The translations under genes were made by a program, and so were the position numbers. A stretch of DNA of 40,673 nucleotides from Octopus bimaculoides (Eukaryota), in the NCBI RefSeq assembly GCF_001194135.2, contig NC_068989.1, forward strand, positions 33,295,270 through 33,335,942, given 5' to 3'. Numbering within the stretch: the stretch's first letter is position 1; each line of letters starts with the position of its first letter. Below the pieces are notes generated by a model. That model ran no database searches, had not been told where the DNA came from, and saw only the letters and a list, made by a program, of their open reading frames with translations. Shown in pieces: positions 37,027 through 40,673 of the stretch.

Positions 37027-37127
37027 CAAACTCAATAACAAGAGTCATCATCATTTAATGTCCGCTTTCCATGCTAGCATGGAAAGCGGACGTTAAACGA
37101 TGATGATGACTCTTGTTATTGATTTTG
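37027..37127. repeat. 101-bp near-perfect palindrome built on an RTE 3' tail
   Basis: Centre CATGCT/AGCATG at 37075/37076; arms differ by a 3-nt bulge and two substitutions. Confidence 0.92.
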
Positions 37128-37320
37128 CAAAACAATAAAACATCTGGTCTGGTTTTCTACCTTCTACAATTTAAATATCAAGAGCATAATTTATGTAAAA
37201 TATTGAAAAATAAAGGTTTAGCCGATAGTTTTGATTATACTGTTCTAACTGTTTTAACAGTATACAAGTTTGGTGTCAATCTTGCATTTTTGCTACTATT
37301 TGTTTTCTTAAACATTTAAG

Positions 37321-37483
37321 TGTTGATGTGGTGCGGAACAAATTGGATTCAGAGAACCTTGGAATCATCACGCTGAGCAGTTTTATGCAAGAATTTTATC
37401 CTGAAGAAGGAAGTCAAGGCTGTCCAAATCGCTTTATAGTGTTTCATTACAATGGACTTTCTCAATCATGTCCACAAACAAAG
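37321..37483 (+). CDS. MINDY3: MINDY3 coding exon: VDVVRNKLDSENLGIITLSSFMQEFYPEEGSQGCPNRFIVFHYNGLSQSCPQTK
   Basis: Acceptor aacatttaag, donor AAG/gtaact, phase 2 to 0; KLD.E.LGII and HYNGL motifs. Confidence 0.95.
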
Positions 37484-37597
37484 GTAACTCAATATCATAC
37501 TTTTTATTTGCAGTTCTCATGCAATACAAATTTGTGTTTCTTTAGTAATTCATGTTTCTCTATGGCAATTATAATATTGGTTTCGAATTTTGACACA

Positions 37598-37790
37598 AGG
37601 CTAGCAATTTCAGGAGAGGGGTAAGTTGATTACATCGACCCCAGTATTCAGCTGGTACTTATTTCATCAACCTCAAAAGGATAAAAGACAAAGTCAACCT
37701 CAGTAGAATTTGAACTCAAAGCATGAAGACAGAATAAAAATGCTATTAAGCAGTTTGTCCAGCATGCTGATGATTCTGCCAGCTCACATT
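37598..37790 (-). mobile_element. Second tRNA-derived SINE family (Nin/Deu-domain-like)
   Basis: Minus strand: gagctggcagaatc head, gagttcaaattc B-box, gaggttgactttgtcttttatcctt..gatgaaataagtacca core. The family label is from memory. Confidence 0.6.
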
Positions 37791-38297
37791 TTCAATGATT
37801 GTGTTGTTTTTTAAAATAAATATCAACTTAATTTTGAGCTGAGTTAGATTAAACTCCAGTGGGCTACATGTTGTGCAGATTGATAATAAGATATTGTATT
37901 ACTGATGAGTAAATAAGTTGCTTTAATTTAATGGTTCAGAATATCTACCTTGCTATGATAATACTCCATAAGCCTTGATCAGGTGATACCTTGTGACAAC
38001 CAAACTGTTATGACATTCTTTTGTTCAATTTTTCAAGCATACCTGAAAGTTATGACAGCAAAATTTGAAACTCTTCTGACTGATGATATTTTAGATACTG
38101 ATTTCTGTAGTAGTGAAAATTTTCAGAGCCATAGAAAAGTTAGATAGAAAGAAGACATATTTTCACTGTGATGTTCCCAGTGGTGGAAACATACCATTAA
38201 TCAGGTAATGGAGGGAGGAAAATAGTCTGTAGATTGTTTTCAATCATGCTGAATAACTTGAAGTGTTTACTTAAGTTTTTTCTGTAGCTTATTGGAT

Positions 38298-38354
38298 CCT
38301 CTCAAACTGTCCAACCCATGCCAGCATGGAAAATGGACGTTAAATAATAATAAC
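38298..38354 (+). mobile_element. Short RTE 3' tail
   Basis: ctcaaactgtccaacccatgccagcatggaaaatggacgttaaataat. Confidence 0.7.
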
Positions 38355-39481
38355 AATGCTGACAAGGATGATTCTTCTTATTATTTCTACACTCGAGCGC
38401 TTGTTTTGTCTGACATCTTTAATTCACTCTTTTCCTATCTGTTACTTCTACTTTTTAGCTAGCCAACATTCCTTCCTTGTCACACACATGCATGCCATAT
38501 TTTTCACCTGCAACCTTCCTCTTGTATTCGCTCTTCTATCAAAAAACACTATTTTTGATCCCTTCCTACTTTCTTTCACCATTTTCCTTCTTTCTCTACA
38601 CCATATGCTTAATAATGTCTGACTTTGCATCTTCTTGTTCCAAATTATTCCACCTCCTCAAATTGTACCATTTACTGGATATTTTACCACCTTCTGGACC
38701 TTTTACCAATTATGTAAATTGTTTCTCATTTTTCTCTTCTCAACAAATTCAAGTATTTTTCTTCCATTTTCTAATTTTGGTTTAAACTTTGTTTTGTAGC
38801 TGCATGCCTTGTTTTCCCATCCTTACTCGTTTTGCACTTGCAATCATCAGTAACATCTTTCACTTTACTCTTTCCATTTTTTCTGTTTCATCCACACACT
38901 TACACATGCTCTCACTGCTTTATCTCCATACTTTTATATTACACACACTATTGTTAGTGTGTGTAACACCCCCACCTCCACTAACCTATGTTACTATACT
39001 TCCACAGTTACACATGCTTATACACATACATACACTACACTAACACACACATGCACACCCCATACCCTCTTATGCTTATTTCTAAACAGAGATAAACTGT
39101 GACAAATGTACCTATGCATCTCCCCTTTCCTTCATTCTCAACTTTCCCTCTTCACCTACAACTAGCTTCTAATTTTTTTATTCCCAACTAGCTTCTAATC
39201 CTTCACCTTCTCCCTAACCTTTTGCTTTTTTTGTGGTTATATATGTATATATGTATGCATACATACACTCTATTATTGTGTCACTCTGCTTATATTTGTC
39301 TTTCTTTTTCTGATAAAAGACTAGTGCCAAAACATTTAAAGACACTCTTTCACCATTGAACTTTTTTTAACTAATACCATAGTTGTCAGACTTCATTCTT
39401 CCCGTGTTGTCTTTGTTCATGCGTATTGTCTTTACAACACACACACACATATTTATATACATACAGTTTGTGTGCGTGCGT

Positions 39482-40055
39482 ATCATCATCATTTAACGTC
39501 TGTTTTCCATAGGTTGGGCAATTTGACTAGAGCTGGCAAGCTGAGGAGATGCACCAGACTCCAGTCTGATTTGGCATGGTTTCTACAGCTGGATGCCCTC
39601 CCTAATGCCAACCACTTTATAGAGTGTGCTGGATGATTTTATGTGGAACCACATGGGCGTTTTCATGTGACACCGCATAGGCACTTTTATGTGGCACTGC
39701 ATGGGTGCTTTTGCGTGACATTGTCACAAGTGCTTTACACCACCAGAAGGATCAGTCTTAACACTTCTGCTGCAGGGTACAAGTCTTCTTGAGTACAGCC
39801 AGGCATCTCAGTCCTTCTTTGTCATCTCACCTGAAAGGTTCAGCTTTCTGAGGTCATTCTTCAGTATTTCATCTCATACCTTTCTGGGTCTCCCACTTCC
39901 ACGTGTTCCATCCATTTTGAATGATCAGCACTTCTTTATGGAGCTGTCAGCATCCATCCATATCACATGACCAAATAAGTGCAGTCTTCTCTCTTGCACA
40001 CAACAACCAATTCCTCTTATGCCTAACTTCTCTGTCATACTTGCATGCTAACATT
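39482..40055 (-). mobile_element. Decayed RTE 3' fragment with short tandem subrepeats in the UTR
   Basis: Tail at 39482; minus strand carries QERRLHLFGHVIWMD and GTRGSGRPRK-like remnants. Confidence 0.75.
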
Positions 40056-40466
40056 CTGAAGTAAACAATATTATTTTTAAAGCATTTAAATTGAATAGTA
40101 TATTTTGAATTTATTTACATTTTTATTAGTAGATACCTTTAAAATCATTCAAGCACAAGGGGATAAGCAGTCTGTACTGTCATTCAATATATGAAATGTC
40201 ATGGGATTTAAAGAGTTAATATTTGCTCAAAAAATTTCTTTGATATTTTTGATATTTTGAGAAAAAATATGGACATTGTAGTTCTTCATTTATTCCTCAC
40301 CTAAAAAGTCTATGGCTTTGCATTTGAAAATTAGTTTACTATTTAGATCAAAAATTAATCTGTTACACAGTGTAAAAAGAAAGGTTCAAGCATTGTTTAG
40401 TAGGAATTACATGTGGTAACATTAAATATATATATATATATATATATCTCTTCTTACTTTTTCTAG

Positions 40467-40622
40467 GTTACCTACCAAGAAGGTTCCATTACATTGCTGG
40501 TTGAAGAAGAGTATGATATGCAAATAGTTGTCGAGAGCACACCTATAAAGACTTGCCTAGAAACTAAGTGGCCGTTTATAGACATAACATGGAAAGACAA
40601 TCATGTACCTTCATTAAACTAA
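40467..40622 (+). CDS. MINDY3: MINDY3 last coding exon: VTYQEGSITLLVEEEYDMQIVVESTPIKTCLETKWPFIDITWKDNHVPSLN*
   Basis: Acceptor ttttctag; stop TAA at 40620-40622; TPIK.CL.TKWP and terminal PSLN. Confidence 0.96.
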   Translation, partial: VTYQEGSITLLVEEEYDMQIVVESTPIKTCLETKWPFIDITWKDNHVPSLN

Positions 40623-40673
40623 AATGTTGCTGATGTCCAGTTGTTGTTCAACCATGTAACTGTGTGTGTATAT

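Larger units (their letters stand above)
9659..40622 (+). other. MINDY3: MINDY3/FAM188A ubiquitin carboxyl-terminal hydrolase gene (spliced; first coding exon not visible)
   Basis: Eleven exons with AG/GT boundaries join in frame (1238 nt plus 1 nt from the missing upstream exon = 413 codons including stop). The translation follows the remembered vertebrate MINDY3 motifs in order: GFxFSE..EGGPCAVIAPVQ, GVLLxLYSVxLxK, YGHGSQSLINLLLTG, GFLTLxExLRYC, PIW..SETHLTV, HYNGL, TKWP..PSLN. Confidence 0.96.

Noticed and set aside
39310-39336. CTGATAA-aagactagtgcc-AAAAC as a decayed Penelope hammerhead ribozyme
   Set aside because: It needs several G-to-A reversions in core positions, and stems I and III cannot be drawn; insufficient support.
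1-40673. tRNA/rRNA genes, CRISPR arrays, prokaryotic operons or terminators
   Set aside because: None seen. The only tRNA-like boxes belong to SINE heads, and the sequence is intron-rich eukaryotic DNA.

Overview
Eukaryotic draft-assembly genomic DNA: AT-rich, seven N gaps, and rich in microsatellites and transposable elements. The repeat families resemble those of coleoid cephalopods, probably Octopus (inference). The main feature is a plus-strand, multi-exon gene for the K48 deubiquitinase MINDY3 (FAM188A). Eleven coding exons between 9659 and 40622 were traced by hand; all have AG/GT boundaries and consistent phases (1238 nt, about 412 aa). The catalytic Cys (EGGPC) and His (SETH) are intact, and the gene ends in the conserved ...PSLN* tail. 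The first coding exon is not visible and may lie in the 6812-7502 gap or upstream. The introns and upstream region hold decayed elements: a full-length hAT/Buster element with TIRs and TSD, several mariner lineages plus a derived MITE, pogo/Tigger and hAT MITEs, many RTE-LINE fragments (one with a PHD finger), a Penelope-like RT/GIY-YIG remnant, tRNA-derived SINEs, and an interstitial TTAGGG-like array between Helitron-like termini. The most unusual structures are a 101-bp fold-back palindrome about 190 bp before a MINDY3 exon and a head-to-head junction of two RTE fragments broken at the same motif. I found no convincing evidence for a wholly new gene system. Most ORF-track entries are microsatellite, N-gap or TE artefacts.
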